A stretch of DNA of 64,000 bases from an uncultured Planctomycetaceae bacterium (GTDB lineage Bacteria; Planctomycetota; Planctomycetia; Pirellulales; PALSA-1355), in NCBI GenBank assembly GCA_963785305.1, contig CAWAUV010000007.1, positions 672,001 through 736,000 of the forward strand. The letters run 5' to 3'. The position numbers and the translations under genes were made by a program. Under the pieces are notes generated by a model that had not been told where the DNA came from, did not search any database, and saw only the letters and a program-made list of their open reading frames with translations. Positions 32,758-43,514 of the stretch are shown piece after piece (the stretch's first letter is position 1; each line of letters begins with the position of its first letter).

Positions 32758-32925
32758 CGGCCCCGCTCGGTTGGCTGGCGGACAGCTCGGGCCTTGCCCC
32801 GGCCCTGGCGGCCAATGATGATGCGTGGAGAAGGCCACGCCTTTCCGTGGGACCTTCCGTATTGGTCCGTGGCGACTTTATTTGCCCGCGTTCCGCCCCT
32901 CATTCTTCTGGCGAGCTCCGAAATC

Positions 32926-33580
32926 ATGAAAACCGTTTCGCGCAGCGTTCGGGTGGTTGCTCCTAGGGTCGCTGGCCGGATGCGGGGCAGTGATGTCGGA
33001 GCCCGATGCTCCGCCGCCCGGCGCGTCGACGAAATCGATCCCGACCATGGGCCCCGGCGTCAAGCGGATGGAGCACGCGCCGAGTGAACCGCATTGGGCG
33101 GGCGACCATCGCTGGAGCGAGTCCGCCACGGCGGTCGATTCCTTGGGTCGCATCGGGGTCGCCTCGTTGCCGGCGCTCGTCGAACTGCTGCATGGCCAAG
33201 AAGAGCCGCTTCGCATCGCCTCGGCCCGAGCCATCGCGCTCATGGGGCCGACGGCCGAGTCGGCGGTGCCCGATCTCGTGGCAGCGATTTCCGACCCGAG
33301 CGCCGTGGTGCGCAAGAACGTGGTCCGCGCCCTGGGGCAAATGGGTCCGGCGGCCGAGCCGGCGATCGGAGCGTTGGTGAAAGAGGCGCGCGCGGAGCCG
33401 GGTCGCCGGAAATCGAAGTCGAGGTCGAGCGAGTATCTCCCGAGGCGCCCGCCGCCACGCGCCGCGAACCGCTCGAACGTCCCACGCCGCGGGACGGCGA
33501 ATGACGAGCCCGCGATGACCGCGCCCGATCGCTCACGACCGCGGGCCCAAAAGTCCGCGCGCGATCGGGGCATCGAATAA
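32926..33580 (+). CDS. HEAT/PBS-lyase repeat lipoprotein; frameshifted at the N-terminus and possibly the C-terminus
   Basis: Lipobox SLAG-C; repeats ALMGPTAESAVPDLVAAISDPSAVVRKNVVRALGQMGPAAEPAI. Confidence 0.7.
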
Positions 33581-35254
33581 TTGCGGCTCGTCGCCGGCGA
33601 GCGATTCGGCCACGAGCGTCGAAAGCTCGTCAGGCTCGGTCACGCGCCGCGCTCGCACGCCGAGCGAACGAGCCAGACCAACCATGTCGATCTCCGGTTG
33701 TCGCAGCTCGAGCCCGACGAACCGCTCGTCGAGGGCGGCCGGAAGTTTGAAGCCTCGAGCGCCGGCCTTGAGAATCTGGTACTGGGCGTTGTTGGGAACG
33801 ACGATCGTCACCGGCAGCCGTTAGTGCGCCGCCGACCACAGCGCCTGAATGCCATACATCGCCGCGCCTTCGCCGACGATTGCCAGCACCGGCCGCTCGG
33901 GCCAAGCCAGCTTCACTCCCATCGCGCAGCCGAGCCCCCAGCCCAATGTCCAGCCGCGATGTCCAAAATAGCCGCTCGTGTTCCTGAGCGCGCCAAGCCG
34001 CTGGAGGATGCGGCTCGGTGGTGGTGACGGCTTCTTCGATCACGGCCACGTCGGGCGGCAGCACTCGGGCCAAGCTATCCATGAAGACCGGCGGCGTCAT
34101 CGGCCGGGCGCCTCGCTCTCGACTCGATCTGCGCGACAAGCTCGCGGCGCTTCGCGTCTCGGCGACCGGTGTGCTCGCTCGCCCGCTGGGCGGCGCGGGC
34201 TTCTTGTTCGGCGGTGAGCCGCTCGGCGAGCAGGGCCCGTAGCTCGATGAGCGAGTCGCGCAGCATCACCCCACACACCGACCGCCGTCGGAAAGTTCTT
34301 GCCGAACTGGGCCGGATCGGCGTCGACATGCACGATCCGCGATTTGGCGGGGCACGGCCGGCTCGGGCGCGTGATACACATATTCGCGCAGCAAATCCAT
34401 GCCCACCACGAGCACGACATCGAACGGGCGCAAGCCGTTCGCGAATCTCGGGCGACCAGTGCGGCAATGTTTGCCCGTAGAGCGGGTGATCGGCCGGAAA
34501 CCCTTGGCGGCCGTGGGTGTGGCCCGGCTCGGAAAAGGCCACGGCGCCAAGCTGCTCGGCGATCGCGGCGAGCTCTCCGGTGGCGTCGACCTCGGCCACG
34601 CGGCTGCCAGCCAAGATCGCGGGATTTCGCGCCGCGAGCAGTAGCTCGACCGCGCGCTCGACCGCTTCGACCGGCGGGCGCACGCGCGACATCCACCCGC
34701 AAGGGCGGAGATACGTCGAGCTCCGCGATTTCCATTTGCACGTCGACCGGCAGCGAGAGAAACACCGGCCCCGTGGGCGGCGTGAGTGGCGATTTGCAAG
34801 GCGCGCCGCGTTGCCGATGGCAGGTCTTCGACCCGCTCGACCTCGGCGGCCCACTTGGTCCAGGGCCTGCGCCACCCGCACCATGTCGCCGCCGAGGATC
34901 GGGTCGGAGAATCGCAGCCGCCGATCTTGCTGGCCGGCGGTGACGATCAGCGGCGTGCCCTCGCGAAAGGCGTTGTAGAGCATGCCCATCGCGTTGCCGA
35001 GGCCGCAACTGATGTGCAAGTTGACCACCGCCGGTCGGCCGCGACGCCATTGCATAGCCATCGGCCATGCTCATGACCGGAATTTCTTGCAGCCCAAGCA
35101 CGTAAGCGAGCGGCGGTTGGTCCGACGCGGCGGCGGAGCGGGTTAGAATCGCATCGTTGAGCGGTAGCTCGGTGGTGCCGGGATTGCCGAAAATATAGCG
35201 CACGCCGGCCCCGGCCAGAATTTCCAAAAACGCATGCACGCCGCTGGTCCGCAT
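33533..35254 (-). CDS. Thiamine-diphosphate enzyme, benzoylformate decarboxylase-like; ~9 frameshifts and one in-frame TAA
   Basis: IFGNPGTTELP, MADGYA, NLHISCGLGNAMG, GPVFLSLPVD, LGWGLGCAMG and GEGAAMY..NN motifs spread over three frames. Confidence 0.85.
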
Positions 35255-35313
35255 TGGGGAACATCACTCCATTGAAAATTGTCGCGTGGGTTGAAGCATG
35301 CGAATCGCTTGGC

Positions 35314-36696
35314 TCATGCGTCGGCCGGGTGCGTCCAAGGGGCGCGATAGGGGCGGCGCAAGAGTTTGTTCGCTTCCTCGTCGCCGGTGACTCGCTGCAA
35401 CTTCGCGTCCCAGGCCAGCGTGCGGCCGAGTTGTTGCGACAGATTGGCCAGAATGCAACTGGCCGTCGAGATATGGCCTTCCTCGATATCGGCCACCGGC
35501 TTGCCTCGCGAGGCGATCGCTTCGAGAAAATTCTTCATGTGAGCCCGACCCGCCGGGGCGACATGTTTTTCGAGATCCTTCTCGGTCTTATCCTCGGGAA
35601 AGGCTTCGATCTCGTAGGTCACATCGCGATGCACGGCGGCCGCGCCTTTGTCGCGCGGCATATAGTCGTAGCCCATGACGCTCGCCTTGAGCGTGCCGCG
35701 ATCGCCGTAGAAGGTGGCGCCCCAGGGATATTTCGGGTCGGGCGCGTCGCCCCAGGAGCGATGCTGCCAGTTGATTTGCAGATCGCCATAGTCGAACACG
35801 ACCGACTGCGTGTCGGTGGTGTTGGCCTTGCTTTGCTTATCGACCAAGATGCCGCCGGCCGAAGCGATGCGTAGCGGCCAGCCAAGATCGAGCATCCAAC
35901 GGGTCATGTCGAGCATATGGACGCACATATCGCCCACGATGCCGTTGCTGTATTCCATGAATGCCCGCCACGAGCGCGGATGCACCAGTTTGTTATAGGG
36001 CCGCATCGGCGCCGGGCCGGTCCACATTTCATAGTCCAAGTTCTCGGGTGGCGCCGTGTCGGGCGGGTTTTCATGGGTGCGCATGTGGTAGTAGCAATAA
36101 ATCTCGACCAGCGCGATCTTGCCCAAGGCGCCGGAGCGAATGTAGCGGTCGCGCGCCTCGATCAAGTGCGGCGTGCTTCGCCGCTGGGTGCCCACTTGCA
36201 CCACTCGGCCATGCTTTCGCGCCGCGGCGACCATTGCCTGGCCCTCGGCCACATCGATGCTGATCGGCTTTTGCACATAGACATCGGCGCCCGACTCCAC
36301 GGCGGCGATCATCGGCAGGGCATGCCAATGGTCGGGCGTGGCCACGAGCACGATATCGAGATCGCGCTCGGCGAGCATCGGACGATAGTCGGCATGGGTC
36401 CGGGGCTTTTTCTTGCTTCGCTGCCGCTCGGCGATGCGATCGGCGGCGTCGGCGAGCATGAGCCGATCGACATCGCAAATGCCGACCACCTCGACCGGCG
36501 CGACTTGAATCAGCCGGAATACATCGCACTTGCCAAACCAGCCGGTCCCGATCACGCCGACCCGGAGCGGTTTGGTTTCCTCGGCGGCATGCACGTTCTT
36601 GGGCCGGGTGAAGCTCGAAAGCGCGAGCCCCGCGGCGCCCAGCGCGCTACCGACCCCCACGGCGCCGCCCACGCCCAGAAATTGTCGACGATCCAT
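35314..36696 (-). CDS. Tat-exported Gfo/Idh/MocA oxidoreductase
   Basis: DRRQFL, VIGTGWFG, ATPDHWHA, YVQKP, VQVGTQRRS, MWTGPAP. Confidence 0.93.
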   Translation of the reverse strand: MDRRQFLGVGGAVGVGSALGAAGLALSSFTRPKNVHAAEETKPLRVGVIGTGWFGKCDVFRLIQVAPVEVVGICDVDRLMLADAADRIAERQRSKKKPRTHADYRPMLAERDLDIVLVATPDHWHALPMIAAVESGADVYVQKPISIDVAEGQAMVAAARKHGRVVQVGTQRRSTPHLIEARDRYIRSGALGKIALVEIYCYYHMRTHENPPDTAPPENLDYEMWTGPAPMRPYNKLVHPRSWRAFMEYSNGIVGDMCVHMLDMTRWMLDLGWPLRIASAGGILVDKQSKANTTDTQSVVFDYGDLQINWQHRSWGDAPDPKYPWGATFYGDRGTLKASVMGYDYMPRDKGAAAVHRDVTYEIEAFPEDKTEKDLEKHVAPAGRAHMKNFLEAIASRGKPVADIEEGHISTASCILANLSQQLGRTLAWDAKLQRVTGDEEANKLLRRPYRAPWTHPADA

Positions 36697-36773
36697 GAAC
36701 CCGCCCCTTGGATGTGGTCCGCCCGGAGAAATGAACTGAAATCACGCGCCCGATGGTTTCGCGGCTCGCCGCG

Positions 36774-37718
36774 TCAGTCGAACAGTCGGCTGACGGATTC
36801 GTTGCGGTGGATGCGCTTGATCGCTTCGCCGAGCAGCGGGGCCGCCGAGAGTGTTTTGATCTTGGGAATCTGCTGATGCGGCTTGAGCGGAATCGAATCG
36901 GTGATGACGATTTCCTTGATGTTCGACGCCTTGAGCTTCTCGATCGCGGCGCCGCAGAGCACGCCGTGCGTGGCGGCCACGTAGATTTCCTTCGCCCCGC
37001 GGTCCGTGAGCACGCGCGCGGCGCCGGTGATCGAGCCGGCGGTGCTGATCATGTCGTCGAACATCAGGCAGGTCTTGCCGCTCACGCTCGCCCCGATGAT
37101 GTTCTCGGCCCGAGTCGTTTCGGCGTTGGAGCGGCGCTTGTCGACGATCGCCAGGCTGCCGCCCAGGCGTTCTTGATGACGCACGGCGCGCTTGGTGCTG
37201 CCTTCGTCGGGGCTCACGATCACGAGTTGTTCCGGATCGAGCCGCATGTTGAGAAAGTATTCGTTGAGCACCGGCGCGGCATAGAGATGGTCGACCGGCA
37301 CATCGAAAAAACCTTGAATCTGCGGGGCGTGCATGTCCATCGAAAGCACGCGGTCGGCGCCGGCGCGGGTGATGATGTCGGCCACGAGCTTGGCCGTGAT
37401 CGGCACCCGGCCTTCGTCCTTGCGATCTTGCCGCGCGTAGCCGTAGTAGGGCATCACGGCGGTGATTCGCTCGGCGCTGGCCCGCTTCGCGCTGTCGATC
37501 ATGATGAGCAGTTCCATCAGATTCTCGTTCACCGGCGGGCAGGTCGGCTGCACGAGAAACACGTCGCGCCCGCGAATGTCCTCGTCGATCTTGCAGCAGG
37601 TCTCGCTGTCGGGAAACGTGTTGATGGTGATGCCCGCCACGGGCAGTCCCAGATAGTCGCACACGCGGCGCGTGAGACTCGGGTTGGCTCGGCCGCTGAA
37701 AATCTTGAGGTCGTTCAT
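36774..37718 (-). CDS. prs: Ribose-phosphate pyrophosphokinase
   Basis: KIFSGRAN, PYYGYARQDRK, DMHAPQIQGFF, FDDMISTAGS, ATHG. Confidence 0.97.
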   Translation of the reverse strand: MNDLKIFSGRANPSLTRRVCDYLGLPVAGITINTFPDSETCCKIDEDIRGRDVFLVQPTCPPVNENLMELLIMIDSAKRASAERITAVMPYYGYARQDRKDEGRVPITAKLVADIITRAGADRVLSMDMHAPQIQGFFDVPVDHLYAAPVLNEYFLNMRLDPEQLVIVSPDEGSTKRAVRHQERLGGSLAIVDKRRSNAETTRAENIIGASVSGKTCLMFDDMISTAGSITGAARVLTDRGAKEIYVAATHGVLCGAAIEKLKASNIKEIVITDSIPLKPHQQIPKIKTLSAAPLLGEAIKRIHRNESVSRLFD

Positions 37719-38475
37719 CGTGGGGGGGAGTTTCCAGAGGCGCCGCGGCGCATTTCGGCTTCGACAATCGCCAACTCTTCGGGAGTATTGATGCTGAGCG
37801 CTTCCGAGGGCCGCAGGGCGGGGAGTGCCTCGACGGCGCGGCCGCGCGCATCAGCAGACCGGGACAATCGGTCAAATAGTATTCTTGCTGCGAATTGTCG
37901 GCGCGTAAATGCTCGAGCGCCCAAAGCAGGTCTTTCGCGTTGTAAACATAGCAGCTCAAGTTGACTTCGCGAATGGCTTGCTGCTCGCTCGTGGCGTCGC
38001 GCTGCTCCACGATTTCGGCGAAGCGGCCGGCCGAATCCCGCACCACCCGGCCCAGGCCCGCGGGATTTTCCTTGATTCCCGTGCCCAAAAGACAGGCCGG
38101 CCGACGCGCCGCGAATTCCGCCAGCAGCGCGCGCAGCGAATCGGCTCGGGTCATGGGAGAATCGCCGGCGAGCACGAGCACGGGCCCCTCGTGGGCCGCG
38201 ATTTCCTCGCGACACATCATCACCGCGTGGCCGGTGCCGTGTTGCTCGGCCTGAAGACGGCACGCGACGCTTGGACGGCTCTCGACGGCGCGGCGCACAT
38301 CATCGGCCCGATAGCCGACCACGACCACGGTCTTCTTGACGCCCACGGCCGCGAGCGTGTCGAGCACATAGTCGAGCATTGGCCGCCCGGCAACCGGCAC
38401 GAGCACCTTGGGCAGCTCGCTGCGCATTCGCGTGCCTTTGCCTGCCGCCATCACGATCGCCAGCGCTTCGCTCAT
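37715..38475 (-). CDS. glmU: GlmU-like nucleotidyltransferase (uridylyltransferase domain only); frameshift near 37845
   Basis: VMAAGKGTRMRSELPKVL, QAEQHGTGHAV, IVEQRDAT, NSQQEYYLTD, SINTPEEL. Stop overlaps the prs start (ATGA). Confidence 0.85.
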
Positions 38476-38511
38476 GGTATCCTTTCGTTGCAGCCGCGGC
38501 CGGATCAAAGC

Positions 38512-39820
38512 TCACGCAACCCAGGGATCTCGTTCCGGACGCGATCGCAAGCTATTCGCCTCCTCGTCGCCTATAAACGCTTCTTTCGCCGGGTCGAACG
38601 CCAGCTTGCGATTTAGCAGCCAAGCGAGCGCCGCCGCATGGCAGGTGATGTGCGAGTGCCGCATCACCTCGGGATTGGCCACCGTCTGGCCGCGAGATTT
38701 CATGCAGTCGAAAAAGTTGCGCATGGGCCGGCACGTCGAGTCCCTTCACCTTGCCGGACCGCTCTTTGAGCTCGCTTTTGAGTGACGCCGGGTAGACTTC
38801 GATCTCTCCGCTATCGCCGGTCTCGACCCAGCCTTCGTCGCCGACGAATCGCACCGGGCAGGTGCCCAGGCGCGTAATCCAGCCGGTTCGCTCGCCGAAG
38901 GGCGTTGCCAGAAAATCGAGCACCAACTTCACGCCGTTGGCATAACGGCATGTCACATTCTTGGCCGTGGGTTCGTACTCGACCGGCATGGTGTCGTCGG
39001 CCTTGTTGGCCCATTGGCAAAGGTCGACCGTGTGGGCGCCCCAATCGAGCAGCCGCGAGCCGGAATCGAAGTCGTAGTACCCACGCCATTTGCCGGCCAC
39101 GTATTTCGAGTTGTAGAGCCGCCAAGGCGCGGGCCCCAGCCATAAGTTCCAATCGACCACGTCGCGCGGCGGCGTCGGCTCGCCGGGCAGCCAAGTGGTG
39201 TCGTTTTGCGGCACATAGACCGAGGCGTATAGCGTGTGGATCTTGCCAAGCTTGCCGCCGTGGGCGAGTTCGACCGCTTGCTGAAAATTCGGCACGCTCC
39301 GCCGCTGGGTGCCGGCTTGGAACACGCGGCCCGTGGTCTTGATCGCGTGGGCGAGCTCCTGACATTTGGCGATCGTAATGCCGCAGGGCTTCTCGCTGTA
39401 GACATCCTTGCCGGCTTGGGCCGCCATGATCGAGGCGTTGGCATGCCAGCGGTCGCCGGTGGCGATGAGCACCGCGTCGATATCCGAGCGGGCCACCAGT
39501 TCGCGAAAATCGCGATAGAGTTGGCAATCTTTATTGGCATAGCGGCCATCGACGAGCGTCTTGCCGGCCTCGCGCCGGCTGGCTTGCACATCGGCAATCG
39601 CCACGCAGCGCACATCGGGCAGTTCGAGCATTGACTTCAAATCATAGGTGCAGCGCGGACCGATGCCGATCACGCCCAGCGTGATTTTGTCGCTGGGAGC
39701 GACAGGCTTTTCGGCCGCCACGGCCGCGCGCGAAGCCAGCCACGGAATTGACGCCGCCGCGCCCGCCGCGAGCGAAGTTCGAAGCACTTCGCGGCGAGTC
39801 CAGTGGGATGCATCGCTCAT
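38512..39820 (-). CDS. Tat-exported Gfo/Idh/MocA oxidoreductase; frameshift near 38725
   Basis: TRREVL, ATGDRWHA, YSEKP, FQAGTQRRS, LWLGPAP. The C-terminus HMRNFFDC is the 38512..38724 ORF. Confidence 0.92.
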
Positions 39821-39942
39821 CGGTGAATCTCCAGGAGAAAATCGAAGGCGCCGGAAGGGTTGTTGGGTCCGCGACGGACCCCCGCTGGTTGCCATCATCG
39901 CGCATTGCGCGGGGCCATGCAATCGCTCGGGCCGCGAAAAAA

Positions 39943-40014
39943 CGAGCCGCGCCGAGCTTTGCTCGGCGCTTGGCGAGGTTGCAACATGCCACGATGGCAT
40001 TTTTCAACAGGCTG
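39943..40014. repeat. Family A element, right half
   Basis: GAGCC..GAGCTTTGC..TGGCGAGGTTG..GCCACGATGGCATTTTTCAACAGGCTG aligns with 15011-15082. Confidence 0.7.
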
Positions 40015-40210
40015 TCAGTTCGACTTTCGCGGTTTTCAAAAGTTCCGATAGCCCGATTCGTCGTGGCTTCTCCGATTTCGGCGCGTTTCCGGCAACCTTC
40101 GGCCTCTCGGTAACATGCAAAAATTGGCAGTTCGGCCGTCAAACTGTGCAAAACCCACGAGAAATCGGCGATTCGAGTGCTAGCAAAAAACGCGAAACTT
40201 GAAGTCAGGG
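40007..40210. mobile_element. 204-bp dispersed repeat, copy 2 (family B core at 40019-40203)
   Basis: One mismatch versus 27829-28032; same GTCAG flanks. Confidence 0.85.
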
Positions 40211-41611
40211 CTTGCCCGCGTGGCGATTGAGTCGCATCTTTTTGCGAATCTCGGTTTGCAGCCGTTCGATCACATGGCGTTTGTCGTTGGCCGCGAGAAT
40301 TCGGGCGACGACGCTCTTGGGCGCTTCGCCGCCCCAGCTCGCGCCGTGTTCGAGATAATACTTCGCGGCTTGGCCCACGATGATCGAGCCATATCCGGCG
40401 GCGCCGGCCTGGGGTAGGGCCGTGAGCGCGTGGCTGGCGCCGAGCGTGAGCCCCTTGAACACCGAAAGGGCCACATTGGTCACCACTTCGCTCAGCATTA
40501 CCCAGCCAGCGGCTTTGATGATCGACAGCACCAAGTCCTTGGCGTTGTTGGTCGTGAGCGAGATGCCGTAGACATGGGCCAGCGTGATGACCATCGTGAT
40601 GTCGACGGCGCTCGCGCCCACGACATCGGCCACCGGCGCGAGCGTCATCGCCACGCCCACGGCTTTCATCACCGCGAAGCTCCAGATCACGGTCGTGGCC
40701 CGCTCGTCGCGCAGGCGCATCTTCACCGCCGCGATGCGATCGCTGCGGTCCGCGGCGTACATCGCGGCATTGAGCGCCAGCAGCGCTTTGCCGTCGCGGG
40801 CGAGAATCTCGAGAATGCGGAGCTTTAGGTCCTCGATCTTCGGCGGCGACTCGCGAAATTCGACTCGCGTCGAGCCGTCGGCCGATTCGATCACGTATTC
40901 GCGTGGCAATGGGTGCGCGGCGACTTCGATGATATCCTCGGGCGCCACGGCCCCACGGAGCGAATCGGCGAACACCTTGCGCAAGATCTCCCGCTCGTCG
41001 CGAGTGTAGTTGTCGATTTTATTGAACACCAGCACGATCGGCTTGTGAGAAGCCGCCAGTTCGCGCAGCTCGGCATGCTCGAGTTGATTCAAATCGGAAT
41101 CGGTTACGAACAGGATCAGATCGGCGCGAGCCGCCGCCGCGCGGGCCAGCGCGGCCCGTTCCTCCCCGGCCACTTCATTGATGCCGGGCGTGTCGATCAG
41201 GAGCAATTGCGAATGCTCGAAGCCGGGCGTCGCCACGCCGGACAACCGCCACGGCGCGGCCCAAGTTTCCCGTGTCCAACCGCCGCGCACATCGACCTGG
41301 GCGACTTGCTCTCCGACGAGGGCGTTGATCAAGGCCGATTTACCGGTGTCGATCTCGCCGAAGATCACGATCTCGACGCGCCCCTCGCGGAGCTTGCGAT
41401 CCATGGCCGCGAGCTCTTCGATCTCCTTCACCAGCTCGGCCTTTTCCTCGGCGGTGCAACCTGCGTGCAGTTCGATCGCGCGGCGCAGGCCCCCGAGCGC
41501 GTCGGCCAAGTGGCGATCACCATCGATTGCGACGCCGTCGGTCGCGGCGCCATCCAACGCCGAGGCGGGCTCGCCCTTCGATGGTCGAGACTCCGGAATG
41601 TTTTCGGTCAC
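40205..41611 (-). CDS. Era-like GTPase with C-terminal DUF697/YcjF-like domain
   Basis: G1 GEIDTGKS, G3 DTPG, G4 NKID, hydrophobic C-terminal hairpin, YLEHGASWG. GTG start overlaps the upstream stop (GTGA). Confidence 0.85.
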   Translation of the reverse strand: MTENIPESRPSKGEPASALDGAATDGVAIDGDRHLADALGGLRRAIELHAGCTAEEKAELVKEIEELAAMDRKLREGRVEIVIFGEIDTGKSALINALVGEQVAQVDVRGGWTRETWAAPWRLSGVATPGFEHSQLLLIDTPGINEVAGEERAALARAAAARADLILFVTDSDLNQLEHAELRELAASHKPIVLVFNKIDNYTRDEREILRKVFADSLRGAVAPEDIIEVAAHPLPREYVIESADGSTRVEFRESPPKIEDLKLRILEILARDGKALLALNAAMYAADRSDRIAAVKMRLRDERATTVIWSFAVMKAVGVAMTLAPVADVVGASAVDITMVITLAHVYGISLTTNNAKDLVLSIIKAAGWVMLSEVVTNVALSVFKGLTLGASHALTALPQAGAAGYGSIIVGQAAKYYLEHGASWGGEAPKSVVARILAANDKRHVIERLQTEIRKKMRLNRHAGKP

Positions 41612-43225
41612 GGCAGTTCCTTCCCCGGCGAAGCGCCATCGCCCGGCGATGCTTTTTGCCCGCCGGCGTCTTGCGCGAAAACCAGCCGCTTGAGGCCCGA
41701 GCGCACGAAGTCGGCGAGCTCGCCGGGCCGGGTAAGCGATTTCCATTCCTCGCGCGCGACCGCGCCCCAGCCTTCGGCCGGTTCCCGCATGGCGTCGCGA
41801 AAATAGCGCATGAAAATCCGACCGATCCAACGCGTGACCAGCGCCTGGGTCAGCCCTTGCAGAATACCGCCGGTCAATGTGCCCACGCCGGGCACGGTCT
41901 TGAGCGTCGTGGCGATTGCCGCGCCAAGCGCGGGCCCGGCGATGCTCGTCCCGGTGACGCTCACCAGATGTTTGCTCATTTGCCCCAGGAGTTGCGTGGC
42001 GGTGTCGAGTGCCAGCGGCTGGCGATAGATTCCGGCCAGCTCGACCACCATCTTGGTCGTGAGGGCCAAACTGGCCGCAAGATCGATCATCGGCAGCGGG
42101 CTCAGCGCCGCCGCGGCGCCGGCTTGCCACATGGTCCGATCGACGATCTTGTTCGCCCGCCGGTCGATCTCGCCCTGCGCATGGGACCGAGCCGATATCG
42201 CCAAGCCCCGGGCACGGAGCAGCAGATTGGCCAGCAGCAGGTCTTGGCCCTCGCGCGAGACGATCTCCAGCAGCCGATCGGCGAGCGCCGTGAGATCGGG
42301 CTCCTCGGCGATGGTTTCGTCGATCTCCGAGCCATCGGCCGCCACTCGCACCCGCACCCGCTTCGTGGCCCGAGCGCGCACCGAAAGCACATTGTCTTTC
42401 GGCACGAGCGGGGTCACTTGATCGCAAATCTGCCGGCGCAATGTTTCGCGGTCGTCCGCGCGAAACCAATCTTCCTTGTTCACGCACACCACGATCGGCT
42501 TGTCGAGCTTGGCGAGCCGCGCGAGCATGTCGAACTCGAAGTTACGGAGAGGACCATCGACCACGAACAACACCAAGTCGGCGTCGCGGGCAATCAGCCG
42601 GGCGATCGCTTCGCGCTCCTCGCCGCCGGCTTCTTCGAGGCCGGGCGCGTCGACCAGCGTGACTTTCTCTTGGCCGGGCCAGGGGGCTTCGTTGCGGCGA
42701 AGCGTCGAGCCGGCCTTCACATCGGTTTTGAACATTTCGCCTCCGGCGAGCGCGTTCAAGAGCGATGACTTGCCGCTCGACACCGCCCCACAGGCCACGA
42801 TCTCGAGCCGCTCGGTCGACTGCTTGGCGGCGAGCTCTCGGGCGGCGGCTTCCAGCGAGCGGCGGGCCTCGACGGGAAAACCGGGATCGGCGGTCACCGC
42901 CCGGGCTTCGTGGAGCTGATGCGCGATTTCGTTTTGCCGTTCGGAGCGAGTCATGTCGGCGGGCCGCTTGGCCTCGACGCGGCGCCGGGCCTCTTTTTGC
43001 CGCGTGTTGTGCAGCAGCATCCAAGCCACGGACACGAGGAGCTGCGCTTACCGTGAGCGCGGCGACGCTCATGATCGCGAGAAAGATATAGCCCCAGATC
43101 GGGCTGAACTCCCGGGCCTCGCGATACTGTTCGCCCAGCCGCGGCGCCCAGAGGGTGAGAGCGTAGAGCACGGTCGCCACGAGAGCGACGGCGGCCAGCG
43201 GGGCGAGCGAGCGAAGACGAGCCAT
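41608..43225 (-). CDS. Membrane-anchored Era-like GTPase with DUF697-like domain; frameshift near 43040
   Basis: Two N-terminal TM helices (42542..43297 frame), G1 GAVSSGKS, G3 DAPG, G4 [12 protein letters not shown] and LKTVPGVGT. Confidence 0.85.
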
Positions 43226-43514
43226 CAGAAATTGCCGCCGTGGTGACGATCGAAACGAGGGAGCCGAGCCGCATGCGACCGCGACAAAGCCGGCCACGAA
43301 CCGCCGCGAGCGCCGTGACCCCGATTTTCGCCCAGCGAGCGGCGTTTCTCAAGTGGCTCGGGGTCATGGAGCGCGGCCACTTGCGAACGCTTTGCGATCC
43401 GCGATGGCGGGCGGCGCCGTGAAATTTGTTTGCTGCTCGCCGCGGCAACGCGTATCATCGCCAACAGCGGTGGTCTGGCGGAGCTTTGGCGCCGAGCTCG
43501 GGGAGAAGCGGATC

